Source: Antedon mediterranea (taxonomy: Eukaryota; Animalia; Echinodermata). Taken from it: a stretch of 64,000 nt of DNA. Position 1 is the first letter of the stretch. Each line of letters opens with the position of its first letter. Where the stretch lies: assembly GCF_964355755.1 (NCBI RefSeq), contig NC_092677.1:2812101-2876100 (forward strand), read 5' to 3'. The position numbers were made by a program, and so were the translations under genes. The notes under the pieces were generated by a model that ran no database searches, was not told where the DNA came from, and was given only the letters and a program-made list of their open reading frames with translations. Below are positions 37,212 through 52,200 of the stretch, piece after piece.

Positions 37212-39265
37212 ATGGCAAAAGCAGCACAGAAACTCGTTGGTTTAACCCAACGGTTAGGCACATCCATGGTGGTACAAGGACCTAAGATAGCATCAGGTAT
37301 GTTAGTTATAATTTTTTAGTTTTATAATGACGTTTTCCGAGTGGAGTTTGTTGGGTTGGGGTCAGTGAGCAGCACAAAAAAACACAGTGTGGGAACTGTG
37401 GTGCATGCCGCGGCCGCCGGCCGTGCTTCTTGTGTTGGCCATGCAGGCCTAGCTAGGCCTAATTTTTTACTCGTATAATAATAATACTAATATGGTACTT
37501 TTAAGGCGCCCTTCCAAAAGGATCCGAACGCCGTACATACATCAAATAAATACATATAGCCTAGGCCTAGCCTAATGATAAAACTTAATGATAAAATTAA
37601 AATTGAGTTTTTTAATCAAAATTAAAGGTTAACATTTTTTTTTGCAGTTTTATTTTATAATATTAATACTTATTACTAACTCTAGCCTACTACTACTAGG
37701 CCTAGTTACTAGCTAGGCTAGGCCTATACTACAGTACCAGGCCTAGCCTAAATAGGATACCTGCTGTAGTAGGCTTAGTTAGCTAATTTCTAATAAATAA
37801 TGTTAGTAAAAATTATTATACTGTTATGCACTTGTCAATTGTATGACCCACTATACGACCCCCGGGAGAGGTGCGTCATTTGTCCGATGTGCGTCATACC
37901 TTTGAATACCATGACGCACCGGTGCGTAAAAAATGTGACTTACCTTTAGGTGACCATGACGCACCCATTTTGACGCACTGTGACCATGTTGTTTATGATA
38001 TGGTGGGTGGTAAAGTGACAGACATTGACACACCTTGTTCATTGATGTGACGTACCATCTAGGTTTTTTGACGCACCCCTGCGTCAGTAATTATTTGTAA
38101 ATGACGCACCCATGACGCACCTCTCCCGGGGGTCCTATAGTGGGTCATACAATAGACAAGTGCATTACCTGTAGGCTAATAATATAAACAAGTTCCATTA
38201 AATTGGTCAGATCAAGTTGTTCTTTGTATTACACAAAACTTTTTTTATGCACGTGCCAATTGTATGACCCACAATACGACTTTCGAAAGAAGTGCATCAT
38301 TTGTCCGATGTGCGTCATACCTTATGAATACCATGACACACACCAATGAGGGACAAAGTGAGGGACATTGACACACCATCGTTCATATTGATGTGACGTA
38401 CCATCTAGGTTTTACGACGCACCCCTGCCTCAATAATTATCTGTAAATTACGCATCCATAATGCACTTCTCTCGGCGTTCATAGTGGGTCATAATCATCC
38501 ATACAATTGGCAAGTGCATATACATCCAAAGGACAAAAAAAAAGGATACAATAAATATGGTACAGACCAACTCAAACCTATGGCTCTTGCATGCAAGTCT
38601 GATCCCTAATATCACTCTCTGAAAGATCTTTATCCTTCTGATAATCATTATTGGTTTGCTTGCACTAGATACTGTCCAGTATTCAAAACCTAGACTATCC
38701 AAGTTCTGGTATTATGCCAAAGTGGAGTTAGCGCCACCATATCCAAGCGAGTTTCCACAAATAATGAAAAGTGCTCAAGATATAGTCAAATCAGCCACAA
38801 CTGGTAAATGGGCTCAACTGACAGTTAAGGTAAACATTATTTAGTTTTTTTTCACCACTGGTACACTACATGTATTTCTTTTCTCCTAATGAATTTATGT
38901 ATGCCAACATAAACTTCTTTTACATTTTAAATAATGGAGTAAATGAATTACAATTTTAGACAATGACATTGCCTTTCACTTCATTTAGTTTCTTTATTTC
39001 AATACAAAAAAAACAATAAATGAAAAAAAAACCAAGGGCACCCCAAAAGTGAACCAAATCCCTGTTGAGACTGGTCACCCACTTATAAAGTACAGCAACA
39101 ATTCTTTTTTAAATATACTATTTTGTGTATTTACAGGAAGCTTGGTTGAATACACTAGTTTGTATGGAAGTCGCATTCTGGTTCTTTGTAGGTGAACAAA
39201 TCGGCCGCAAGAGCATCGTTGGCTACAAAGTGAACAGTGATTTTGAACCTTTAGGATACATCTAG
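37212..39265 (+). CDS. ATP5MG: Mitochondrial ATP synthase subunit g, 124 aa; exons 37212-37296, 38669-38829, 39137-39265
   Basis: YSKPRLSKFWYYAKVELAPP..LTVK/EAWLNTLVCMEVAFWFFVGEQIGRKSIVGY; phase-consistent GT-AG introns; AATAAA near 39507. Confidence 0.96.
37827..38518. mobile_element. Two adjacent copies of a PIF/Harbinger-like MITE (37827-38164, 38248-38518) in ATP5MG intron 1
   Basis: TIR TGCACTTGTCAATTGTATGACCCACTATA..; TTA flanks on the first copy. Confidence 0.85.
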
Positions 39266-40266
39266 ACTGCGCAATAATATGACATGCAATTGACCTCAGA
39301 TAACATGAACTATGAAAAGTTAGTATGATTATAATACCAGATTAGAGAGTAACCTGAAGAGGTACTGAAGCAGTGTGTGAGGTGTACTCAGTGGCTAGAG
39401 TAGTGAAGCATGTTAAATCAAGACCACGACTCTGCCCTCTATTGATCCAATTATTTTGTTCGTTCAATCTATAGAATTGCAGTGAAGAGTTTATTTGAAA
39501 TGTTGAAATAAATTTATCAGACTTTTGTCAAAATTATTTTGTTGTTTTACAAAACTGTACTTTGAATATTTGTTTTTTTTCTCTGTTTATATTATGTTTT
39601 TGGAGACAATAATGAAATAATACTTGTTTCTACAGAAGATCATCCATATTTTGTATATTAAATAAAGCACAGTACCATAGATTATAATGAAGAAAAACCT
39701 GTTTACACTATCAAACTTTATTTTACAAAAATGTGATGTGCCCATATATAGACATGATGATGTCATATCACTACCATATTTAAGCATATCACTACCATAT
39801 TTGGACACATCACACTAGTTTGATAGTGTAGACAGAGCTTTACACACTGGCATCAAATATGTTTACATGTCAGTTCTCTTGCTACTTCGTTCTTGATGAC
39901 TTGTTGTTTAACATCTTGTTTTTATAGATTGTAGTTTCTTCTTCATATACAGTACACATTGTCTTTCAACCATTGTATTCTTTGGTATATGGTGCCTCGT
40001 TCAAAAATAAAACAGCGGAATAGACATTATAATAATTAGTAATTCAAAACAAATATTTCATTGGTTCTAAAATTGGCAAAAAAATGTAGCTTTTACTGGT
40101 TCAAATACAATACCAGTTAATGTACAGATATTTGATAAATACATTGACACACAGTAGGTATATTGGGGGTTGACCACATATAAACATTTAACAATCATTA
40201 TTTTAATCAATCAAAATCAATTATAGCAAATATTGATAAACAATGAACATCAAAACAATGTAGATC

Positions 40267-43200
40267 TTATGTGGACACAAATTGGCCAATTACATTACCT
40301 TTCACACGCATTGCACATATAACGTTTAACTTCTGTTCACACGAGACATTTCGAAATATTGTGACGTTGTGCTGCAACTCAACAGTAGTGCATTTTCCCG
40401 AACTTCGTTCGTCTAGAAAAATAAAAGTTATCCATTTACAGGTGTATGAAACATCTACAGTACATTTCAATAAACTTAAAAAAAAACTTGGTGTTAAATT
40501 CGCGTTTTGGTACGACACACCTCTGTGACGACTGACACTTTTATTAAGATCACGTATAATTCGTCAAAATGACACATTAAATTATAGTTTACTTCTCCAA
40601 ATACCGATCATCAAGACTGGAGTGTGTAAGTAAGTCGGTCAAATCGGTGCTACGTCAATTCGGTCCTACGTCAACTAGGTACCAACTACTACTACTACTA
40701 GTATATACAATCGGTTGTAGAGAAGGTCTACAGTACAATATCGGCATGAGTGAGTGGCCGAGTGGTTAAGACAGTGGAACCGTAATTACCTAGCCATAAC
40801 AACGGCAGGGGTTCGAGGCTCACTCACTCCATGGTTCTGGTGGTAGAACGAGTCTTCTCGGATAAGGACTATAAACCGTAAAACATCTTTCGAGACGAGT
40901 AGGGGGTTACCCCGGTGTATTAGTACATCACAGCCACTGATCACCAACTGGGCCCTCTGGGAGACCAGTCATTGACTGAAGAGGTTACCCAGTATAAATA
41001 TATATTTCAATCAATCAACTACGTTCTGCGAAATATTGGAGATATTCTTGATACATTTCTATACGCGTGTGCTTGATCACTTACCTGTCCATATTTGTAA
41101 ATTAAAACCAACAATTTGATCTAAAAATGAGTAATCTTTGAGTGGATATGGCATCAATTTAGCAGACCTATCCCTGCATTCGTCAGCTCCATCTGGTCTT
41201 GAGTTTACATCACCAGGGCTAAAACACCATTTGTTATAGTAGGTCCAAGAGGACAAACTCGGACATCCAGTATCTAAACAACACAGCATCGGATTCATTA
41301 GTATCTTATTTTTATCAACCACGTGACGTATTGATTCCAGCCATCTACTAACCCTAATAACCCTTATTAAACTATAAAGCATGTCTACAATATCTAGTTT
41401 GACAAAGAAAGTGTGATGTGCCCACATATAGTGATATGCCCAGATGTGGTAGTGATATGTTTAAATATGGTAGTGGTATATGACATCATCTTGTCCATAT
41501 ATGGGCACTTCACATTTTGTTGTCACATAAAGTTTTATAGTGTAGACAGCTTAAAGACACACTTGACAGTGTCCTATTAATAGAGGTAGTCTTCTGAATA
41601 GGAGTATGGCCTGAATAGGCGTGTCTTATTTACGTATTACCGTATATTATGATAGTAAAGCACTGAGTGAATTGTCCATTCATTATTAGTGGTGGAACGA
41701 TGAAAAATGATTACGGCTCAATCCTTTATTAGAAAATCGGCACTTTTATTCTTACGCAACAACACAATGTTGTTCAAGTACACGCAAGTAATGTGACCAA
41801 TCACAAGCGATAGATCATGCTAACTGTCGCTTGTGATTGGTCAGATTATTTGCATCTTTGCGTAGTAATAGATGAATGAATACTAACCCGTTATAGCTGC
41901 AATAGAATATACTCGTATGAACGCATTACTGAATGACAACTCCTGACCGCTTTCAATCGCGTAATCAATGTTCTCTTGATACAGTACTATTGCGGCGTCA
42001 TGCGCCGACTCATCTGCGCAATAGATTTTCCCGCCAGATTTAACTTTAATTCCAATTTTGTCGCCTGCTTCAACTGGTAACCAATCATCAGGCTCCAATA
42101 CGAGTTTAGAACCTGTGATGTACGATATATCTGTACAATGGATGACCGTGTACACGGCTAACTCTGGTACTTTCTGTCGGACTGTACAGCATTGTACATT
42201 TGTGTAGAGTGACATGTCATTGACGTACCATCCTGTGACGTATCCAGCGCAGGCGAATTGATGACGGGGGTCAACTATGAATGTGTTCTCGTTTATGTAG
42301 CAATTCGTTGATGGTGTGGTGACGTTAGAGAAGCCTGTGTATGTTGGACATTCAGCTTCTAAGGACAAAACAGAACACGTCACAGTTAAATTATGTAAAT
42401 GCAGACGCATGGGTGACATCTTATATTATGTTGGTCCTCACTAGAGACGCAACGCAGGAACGTAAGCGCAACGCAAGTGAATTGACCAATCACAGGCGAT
42501 GGATCATCCGAACTGTCTCTTGTAATTGGTAAACTTTCTTGCATTTCGTCTACGTCATTGCGTTGTATCTCAAGTGGGAACCAGGCTTTACAAAGCTAAG
42601 CAGTGGAAACACAGCGTTAGTTGCTACTAGAGGTCCCAGGATGTCTTCTTTAATACCAAAATGTGCAGTTAATAAATCCATATATCAGGCTAAGGGTCTT
42701 ATGGAAACATTACGTAAACACTAGAAAACAACTAACCTATATTGTCTGGTTTTTTTGTGGTTGAATCTGTCGCTGTAAAATAAATATATAACAATTTTGA
42801 GTTAGCAGCATGTGACGTTGTTATCAAAATTAAACGACGCTCTTTCGGTTATTATTAGGGAGTTTTCACAACCTTACGAGTACGATAACGAAAACGGATA
42901 CGTCTCACATTTGTGAAACTTTTGAGCTGATCCCCATTTCATATTCGTAAAGCGTATTCGTGTTGACGAATATACTAGTCATTTTCGTAACTACAAAACG
43001 AGTATAGTTTTTGATCTATTTTACACATTTTGCATTTGAATCAGGAATGATTATTGAAAGTAATTTACTAAAATGCCAGGTCAATTTTGATAAATAGCAG
43101 TTTTTAAAGTCCTCACTCACTTTGATGTTACGCTAGGCATAGGCAGCCAAGAAACACGTACCTGCGCTTCGCTCAAATTTACCGTAGTCATATTTTGGAT

Positions 43201-46200
43201 GAGGCCCTCAATATTTCGTTGCCATGCGAAACAGATTTTTACTGGCTTACGAAAAACGAATACGTGTGCGTGACGTATCCGTTTTCGTTATCGTATTCGT
43301 AAGGTTGCGAAACCTCCCTATTATGATTGGTTTACGGTTCTTGCATTTTTAAAACAGGTTATTAATGCCAATGAGGTTGTAAATTTTTAAAGGCAATTTA
43401 CACAGACGAGCGGTAACGGTAATACGAATATAGAACCTATGTTATTTCTTATGACCATTTAGGCCTACACACAACGCGGAGCGGACGAGCGGTTTCCGCT
43501 CAGGATAGATTCTACGTGGGACACGTCGTTTTCCGCTTACCGTTACCTCTCGTCTGTGGTAATTACAAATTGTTTAGAAATTAGAACTCATTATGTTATA
43601 TATTGTATAAAAGTCGGCGGTCCTATTTGTACGTACCATGCTCACACTGTAGCGTTGCATATTTGTAATCGTCACATCTGTAATCTTCAGTAGTAAAAGC
43701 ACACTGCATTAACGATTCCGCTTCGTCTGAACAGTGTACCTCAAACACTTTCTGATCGAAATCGCGATCTTTATAATAATGATGATCAGATGATCTTACA
43801 TATCCCATGTGGAGGCAGATTAAGTCTCTCTCTTGCTGATTATTGAGACCATTCCTACAAATCCTGCCCCAATCTTCATCGTCAAATTTAAACTCGATTA
43901 TTTCAGATTCAGATTGTATTCTTGTTTCCAATTTGCTGAACGAGTAGTCTTTAAAAAAAGTTTTTTAAATGTCATTGCATACTTAGGCCTACTTCTTGCA
44001 GTTTTTCGTCGTCATCGTCAACGTATCTGTCGTCTTGACATAAGCGTTAATCATGTATCTCGTCTCGTTCTATTTTTTAACGTTGCTTTTATTTTGCTCT
44101 TTCACACGGCCTGTTCAATAATATATGATTATCCATTGGTTCCCACTAGGAACGCAACGATAGGACGTAAGCACAACGCAAGCGAATTGACCAATGACAA
44201 GCAATAGAGTTCGAATATATATTCGGTATCTTTATTCAATCAATCACATAAAAAAATATACTTTGCAGCATAAAACTGAATTACAGTATTTGTACAATAC
44301 ACATGCATGTACAAAGAATAGTGCATCGCCGCGCTTGTGATTGGTCAAATTGCTTGCATTATTAAACAGGCCATGTGAATGTACCTTTAGAAAGAGCGAG
44401 ACACAAAATCATGGAAAAATTAAAACCAATATCGACAACGTGTTGCGTCCTATAGTGTGAAGCAAGCTTTAACATATGTTGCCGTATTATTCGTGTGAAT
44501 ACAGTGTTATAACCCCAAAAGTAAATACGTACAGTTTTCGCATTCCAGCGTTGTAAACTTTGAATAGGATTGTTCTTGTTTAAATTCACACTGCAGAAGT
44601 GACGTATCATCAGATAGGCACTCCAACGCATACGCGTCCTTATTGTAACTACTGTCTTTTAGATAGCTCACAGTTTTCACTCTTGAATATCCCAAATATT
44701 GGCAAACCAAAGCATAGCCATGTTCACTACTGGTTTCTTGGTAACACACTCTGAACCAATCACCGTTGTCGAATTGTACTTCAACTAATCCAGAGTCACC
44801 GAGTCTAACGCGGAAATCTTGAATGAGACAAAATACATCGACTTCTATTATTATTGTCATCCTCTTACTTTTCTTTGTTCACACCAATCACCAACAACCT
44901 CATTATGATGTCATGCTCAACTAGTCGTCGTTGAACACCACCATAATTTTTGGTTCCCACCAGAGACACAACAAAAGGATGCAAGCGCACAACGAAAGTG
45001 ATTTGACCAATCACAAGTGATGGATTATCCGAACTGTCGCTTAAGCTTGGTTCCCACTAGGACTCAGGCCGTAACGTAATCGAATTGACCAATCACAAGC
45101 GACAGTTTGATAAGTCATCTTTAAATTGGTCATCTCGATCTTTGCTATCGTCAACAACGTCATCAATATTTGCTGCATGCCAACTTTTAGATAAATACGC
45201 ACGAAATGTGTAGACCACCTACACGCGCCATATAGCGACTTTCTAGGTAATCCGTCGTTGTTGTTGTCATTGCCATAACCTCTGTATGCCTACTACTACT
45301 TACCGTCGAATGTACATTCATTCTCAAGCTCACAACCAAAAATATCAAAACGCAGTCCGAAGAAAATACTATTGGTGTTTATCGCAATTAGTCGCAGGAC
45401 ATTGGCATAAACGGGTGACCACACATTAATGACCGTTGTAGTCTCATCAGTATTCCCAATAAATGTCTAAAAACAAAAAGAATAACTCTAAAAATACACC
45501 TGCGTACGTGACCCCATGGTGACATGTAATATCCCAATGCATCGGGTATGCACTACAACATGGGCCAGTTATTCTTGGTTTTCTATAGAGACGCAATGCA
45601 AAGAACGTAAGTGATTTGACCAATCATGAGCAATGAATTATTCGAACTACCGATTGTCATTGGTCAATCGCTTGCGTTGCGTCTCTATTCTGAAGAACCA
45701 AGACTGTAGGCCTAAAAATAAAACACCAAAGTTTACCTCGTTTAACATAGTCAATGTTTTTTGTCTGAATCCAAATGAAACGTTGAAACTGTGTACCCAT
45801 TGGCCGACGTAATCACTATGGCAACCCTGCGTAACAACGCCGGTTATCAACCGAGTGCTTGACAAATCAATCTATATCAAAACATAGTTTTAAATGAGTC
45901 AAAAGAGGTCGTACGTTAAATATGATTTGATTGGAACAGTAATGAACCACTGTTGCGATAGCTTCACCTAATACGCCAAATTATAAAAATTCTGCACTCT
46001 ATAATGAGTGACACTGCTCAATAAGCTTATCTTACCTCTATCCACTCATTTGTAATACTATCTGGAACCCAGCAGCCATACAATTGCTCTTCAACAACGG
46101 CAACGTTATGAAGACGGGCATTCGATGGACCGTAGCCGTCGTAGATCATTGAGGACGCTGTCAACTGATTATCCCGTAACCTACCGTCCATTAAACCTTG

Positions 46201-49200
46201 AAGTCTATAATTGCCTGTATTTAATGAACATGTTATTTTGTAAGCGTTTAACAAATTTTTTCAATAAAATAAGTTTCTTATCAGAACATTTCGTTTTATC
46301 AATAACAAAACGCAAAAACAAAAAAGTTCTAAATAATTATTGTGATGTGCCCAATGGTAGTGTTATGACGTCATCGTGTCCATATTATTATTTTTTTGTC
46401 ACATAAAGTTTGATAGTGTAGACAGAGCTTAACGATTAAGATTCTATAAGAAAATACCAGTCCGCAATTATTTTGAGTTTGACTTCGTTGCATGTTCTTA
46501 CCTACAAAACAGTTACATGTCTGTTTTATGTAGCATCCTAAAATCTCCAATCGAATTCCATAATAATCTGTTCTTGAACTTGAAAGCGGAATAAAACGGA
46601 AATATCTTGAAAATTGCGCTTCAAATATGTTGTATGCTAAATCGTGTCCCCCAAAAAATATCTAAAATAAACAAAGTAGAAGATTTTTTTTTTTACAAAA
46701 AAGGCGAAAGTAGAATGATTGTTTACGTAATGGCGCTTTATTGCTCATATGGAAGGCCTTAGCGGACAAAATATATACAAATGTAATCATACCTGATCGA
46801 TGCGTTTTAACGAATCGGATGTCATACCCAGTTCAATAGCAAATGTGTCAACATAATATTCAGTACTATAATAATATCCCTTGGTAATGATACCAGATAG
46901 TATACGCACTTCGTTAAATGTAACCTAAAAGGGAAAACCAAAAAATTAAAACAAACATCATTATTGAATAATAACAATAGAGAGGTGACCAATCGTGCGC
47001 ATGACATATCGGGGATCCTTTGCGTCGTAGTTGGTTTTATTTTATTATGTATTTTAGGCAAATTGCCAAGAATAACCATAAGCGAATTCATTCACTATCC
47101 TTCATAAAGGTGGCAATCCTGTTCACAAGACAAACATATACACAATATGCTCTACATAAACGGAGTATTATTACAAGTCTTTGGGTCGAGTGAAGTTGTA
47201 ATTTGTCATTAGAAAAAATCCTGACATAATGACAGGACTTCAACCCAGGACACTTAATTGGTAGCCAAGCATCATAACCACCAAGCCATTTCCCAGTAGG
47301 AAGCAAGCTTTTGTTGTCTTCTCATTTTGCAATGACTTAATAATACTGTAATGTATTAGCCTACCTGTACCCACACCTGAGAATACCGTTTATGCAACAA
47401 CATGCCTTGTCCATCATTAAGTCGAGCGCTATCTTGGTCATTGTAGTAGTAGCTATTCATACTTGTTATTTGAGTAGTTGCAATCGTTCTATCAACCATT
47501 CCTTGTCCTACGTGGTAACAATCTATATACACAAAAAAATGCCATCATTGTTTGTAGAAATGATTTTTAATCTTTTTATTTTCCGTGAACTTGATGTAGG
47601 TCATGCAGGTCTGTACGGTGGCCCACAACTGTCACGCACACTATATAAATCATATTCACACAATTAAAGAAGGAATCACACAATTAAAGAAGGAATCACA
47701 CAATTAAAGAAGAAATCACACAATTAAAGAAGGAATCACATAATTAAAGAAGAAATCACACAATTAAAGAAGGAATCGCATATAAACAAAAGAAAGCATG
47801 AAAATATAAAAAGAAATGCACAAATAAAGAAGAGCTAAGCACAATTAAAGAAGTCCGCACAAATTCGAAAGCTCCTCGCACAATTAAAGAAGTTCGCAAC
47901 AAAATCAAAAGCTCCTCGCACAATTAAAGAAGTCCGCAACAAATTCGAAAGTACCTCGCACAATTAAAGAAGTCCGCAACAAATTCGAAAGTACCTCGCA
48001 CAATTAGAGTACAGTAGTCCATATGGAACGCCATCGCTGCCTCCGGCAGCAGCAAACTTTAATTCTATTCGGCTCTTTTACCATTACGTTCGGCTCTTTT
48101 ACCATTCGGCGCATTTCTATTCGGCCTTTTTACCATCACGTACGGCTCTTTCAGCATTCAGCTCATTTCTATTTGGCCCATTTTTTACCATTACGTTCGG
48201 CTCTTTCAGCTTTCGGCTCTTTTTTATTCGGCCAATTTACCATTACGTTCGGCTCTTTCAGCATTCGGCTCTTTTTTATTCGGCCCATTTAACATTACGT
48301 TCGGCTCTTTTTGATTCGGCCCTTTTTTATTCGGCTCTTTCTGCATTACGTTGGGCTCTTTTTAAATCGGCATTTTTTTATATGGCGCAATTAAAATCTA
48401 ACCTTTGACATGGGGTCAAATGGAAGAAAATCAACGACTGGAAATGAGTCTATGAAAAGTTTACAAACATTTCATCATCATGGCGCCAACCATGAGTAGC
48501 CAACCGATTAAAGATGTGTTGAATAACCTAAATTAATTCATCTTTTAACAAATTTTGAGAGAGAAAGGGTAAATTATTATTATTAAATGTTTGGCTGACA
48601 CTAAGGCGAGGCCTAGCTAGCCTAGGCCATAAATCAAACCTTTTCTCTCTCAAAATGGTCAATAAGGTGGGACAATTGCAAGTTCTCTAACTAACACATT
48701 AATCATGTCAATAAAATGATTTAGTTATATTGAAATAGCCTTCAAATTCATTTAATTCAACCAACCAAACACTCTACATGCTGCATCTATACGTTTTGTA
48801 AACTTTTCATAGACTCATTTCCAGCCGTTGATTTTCTTCCATTTGACCCCATGTAAAAGGTTAGAATTTAATTGCGCCGCATAAAAAAGGGCCAAATCAA
48901 AAAGAGCCGAACGTAATGCAGAAAGAGCCGAATAAAAAAGGGCCGAATTAAAAAGAGCCGAATGCTGAAAGAGCCGAACGTAATGGTAAATGGGCCGAAT
49001 AAAAAAGAGCCGAATGCTGAAAGAGCCGAACGTAATGGTAAATGGGCCGAATAGAAATGCGCCGAATGCTAAAAGAGCCGAACGTAATGGTAAAAGAGCC
49101 GAATAGAATTAAAGTTTCCTGCCGGAGGCAGCAATGGCGTTCCATACGGACTACTGTACTTTAATTGTGTGTGAGGTACTTTCGAATTTGTTGCGGACTT

Positions 49201-52200
49201 CTTTAATTGTGCGAGGAGCTTTCGAATTTGTTGCGGACTTCTTTAATTGTGCGAGGGGCTTTCAAATTTGTTGCAGACTTCTTTAATTGTGCGAGGAGCT
49301 TTCGAATTTGTTGCGGACTTCTTTAATTGTGCTTAGCTCTTCTTTAATTGTGCGTTTCTTCTTTATTTGTGCATTTCGTTTTGTATTTTCATGCTTTCTT
49401 TTGTTTATATGCGATTTCTTTTTTAATTGTGCGATTTCTTCTTTAATTGTGTGATTCCTTCTTTAATTGTGTAATTCCTTCTTTAATTGTGTGATTCTGT
49501 GTTATAGTGTGCGTGACAGTTGTGGGCCACCGTAGGTCTGAATATATCTGACACGTGACTAAAATAGGTGTCAAGAAGGAACGAAGCAAGACGCATGTCG
49601 ATAAAGGCGCGTTCCCACTAGCCATTAACACGCGAAGTGACACGCGTCAATATCGATTAGACACGTGTCGCTAGCGGCGTGTAAATTGCTCAGTGTGTAC
49701 CGGTATTTAATTATGGTCAACTACACACCCGAGCACCTGTAAGCTACGTTTCAGACAAGAACATGTCTATTCATCATCGTGTAATCTCAAAAATTCACAC
49801 CACACCCGGCTGCGCCACCCGGCTACGTACGGCAACTTACCTTCCGGACAAGAACATGCAGAGTCGGATTCACACTGTGTAATCTTAAACTGAATTCACA
49901 CCACACCCGGCTGCGCCACCCGGCTACGTACGGCAACTTACCTTCCGGACAAGAACATGCAGAGTCGGATTCACACTGTGTAATCTTAAACTGAATTCAC
50001 ACCACACCCGAGTACGTACGGCAACTTACCTTCCGGACAAGAACATGTAGAATCGGATTCACACTGTGTAATCTCAAACCGAATTCACACCACACCCGAG
50101 TTGTACGGCAACTTACCTTCCGGACAAGAACATGTAGTCTAATCGAATTCACACTGTTTAATCTCAAACTGAATTCACACCACGCCCGAGTATGTACGGC
50201 AACTTACCTTCCGGACAAGAAAATGTAGAGTCGGATTCACACTGTGTAATCTCAAACTGAATTCCAAATCGTTCTGTATTGTTGCTGAATGGTACAATAC
50301 GAACAAGTCGAGTATAAACTGCTGGAATTATAGTCTGCACCTTTAAAGAAGATGACGTCATGATAATCGTCGTTATTTTGCCTCATTCTCTTTGTTAGGC
50401 TCTGTCTACACTATCAAACTTAACGTGACAACAAAATGTGATGTGCCCGAATAAGGACATGATGATGTCATATCACTACCATATTTGGTCACATCACATT
50501 TTTTTGTCCAACTACTGTAGTGTAGATAGCTTTATGGTTGTTAACAATCCTCTTTATCATCATCGTCGTCACCTCTATACTCAGCATCGTTGTTTGTCAT
50601 ATTCGTCACTCCATATTTTTCATTGTAATCTTTGTAATCTTTTTGTAATCATTATCATCAAAATCATACTGTCATCTGCATCGTCATTGTCATCTTTGTC
50701 ACCTCTATATTTGTCATATTTTTTGTAAACATTTTCATTGTCATCACAAACACACGTCGTTACCTTTATAATCTTCGTGTCATTTTCTTAATCTTAATTC
50801 TAATTTTAGTATTCTCCTTGTCATCAACTGTGTAATCATCATCATTGTCATAATCTTTATAATCATAATCATCGTTATCATCACTCCATTTTTATGTTTT
50901 ACTTACCTCACTTTCATTCGTGTTCATAATTTCAAACTACAATAAAATAAATCAAACATAATACTTTAGAGAATAATTGAACATCAACAACAACACAGCA
51001 AATACAGTATTATTAACCAGCCTGTTAGTGATTCGCTGTTTGGAGTGAAATAAATATATAAGTATATTTGATGATGTCACCGATGTATACAAGTTGCCGG
51101 TTAAATCAACATGAACGGTACAACTAGTTGACACATGCGCTGTACTGTCTCTCGTACATTGACGTAACGACTAACTGATTTCGAAATATAATATTACATA
51201 TACGGTCCCTTTGGTCGCTGTTGGCTTTTCTTCTGTATGCTACACAGGAATAGAGAGAGTTGACCCTGTTATTGCAATTTGTAAGCCTGTTTTCATTAAT
51301 TCTACACTTACCGTCTCTGATGAGAGAAGGGCGTTATCGTTCGGTCCATATTCAATTCTAAAACTGTCCAGGCCTATTATAGTGTAATACTCGACTACTT
51401 CAGTTGTGTTTGTCATATTTGTTTGTTCATAGGTGCTTATAGTTGTTATCACCTTCAATCCACCTCGAATAGTTATACCAGTTACAAGATGCGCACTTTC
51501 AAATTTAACCTGTAACAAACAATAGGCATATGATATACATACGTACCCAGTGAGAGGGATAATAATGTATTACCAGTATTTAATACACCTAGACTCGTAT
51601 CTAGATGACTTGCAATAGTCAACTAAGCTCTACCTAGTGACAGCTGCAGAAGAATCAAGTGATGTACTGTAATAGATGCATTTGAAAAATGATGAGTTTG
51701 CAATTGGTGTTTTTGTCGATCTATCGAAAGCATTCGATACCATTAACCATCCCATTCTTCTTTCAAAACTGTATCACTATGGTATTCGCGGTGTTCCTCT
51801 CAATTTATTTAAGAGCTATTTATCCAACCGCTACCAATGTACCAAGTTTCGTGATTCCCAATCTGACTATTTGCCTATTACCTGTGGAGTACCACAAGGT
51901 TCATTACTAGGTCCTCTTCTGTTTCTTTTATATGTGAATGATATTTACAATTCGTCAGTATCTTTATCTTACTTTTTATATGCAGATGACACAACACTAA
52001 TCTGTAAAAATCGACACTTAGAGTCGTTATTTAACACTGTAAATACAAGTTTAATTAATGTATCCGAATGGTTTCTGGCAAACAGCCTTTCTGTAAATCT
52101 AAAAAAGTGCAGCTATGTTTTGTTTAGAAGTAGTACGATGCCGATTAAATTAGGTCCATTGCAAATTAAACTAAATGGTTCTGTTCTCCCCATGGTCAGT

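Noticed and set aside
15896-50263. CRISPR-like appearance of the regular arrays
   Set aside because: Units are contiguous with no unique spacers, there are no cas genes, and the context is eukaryotic.
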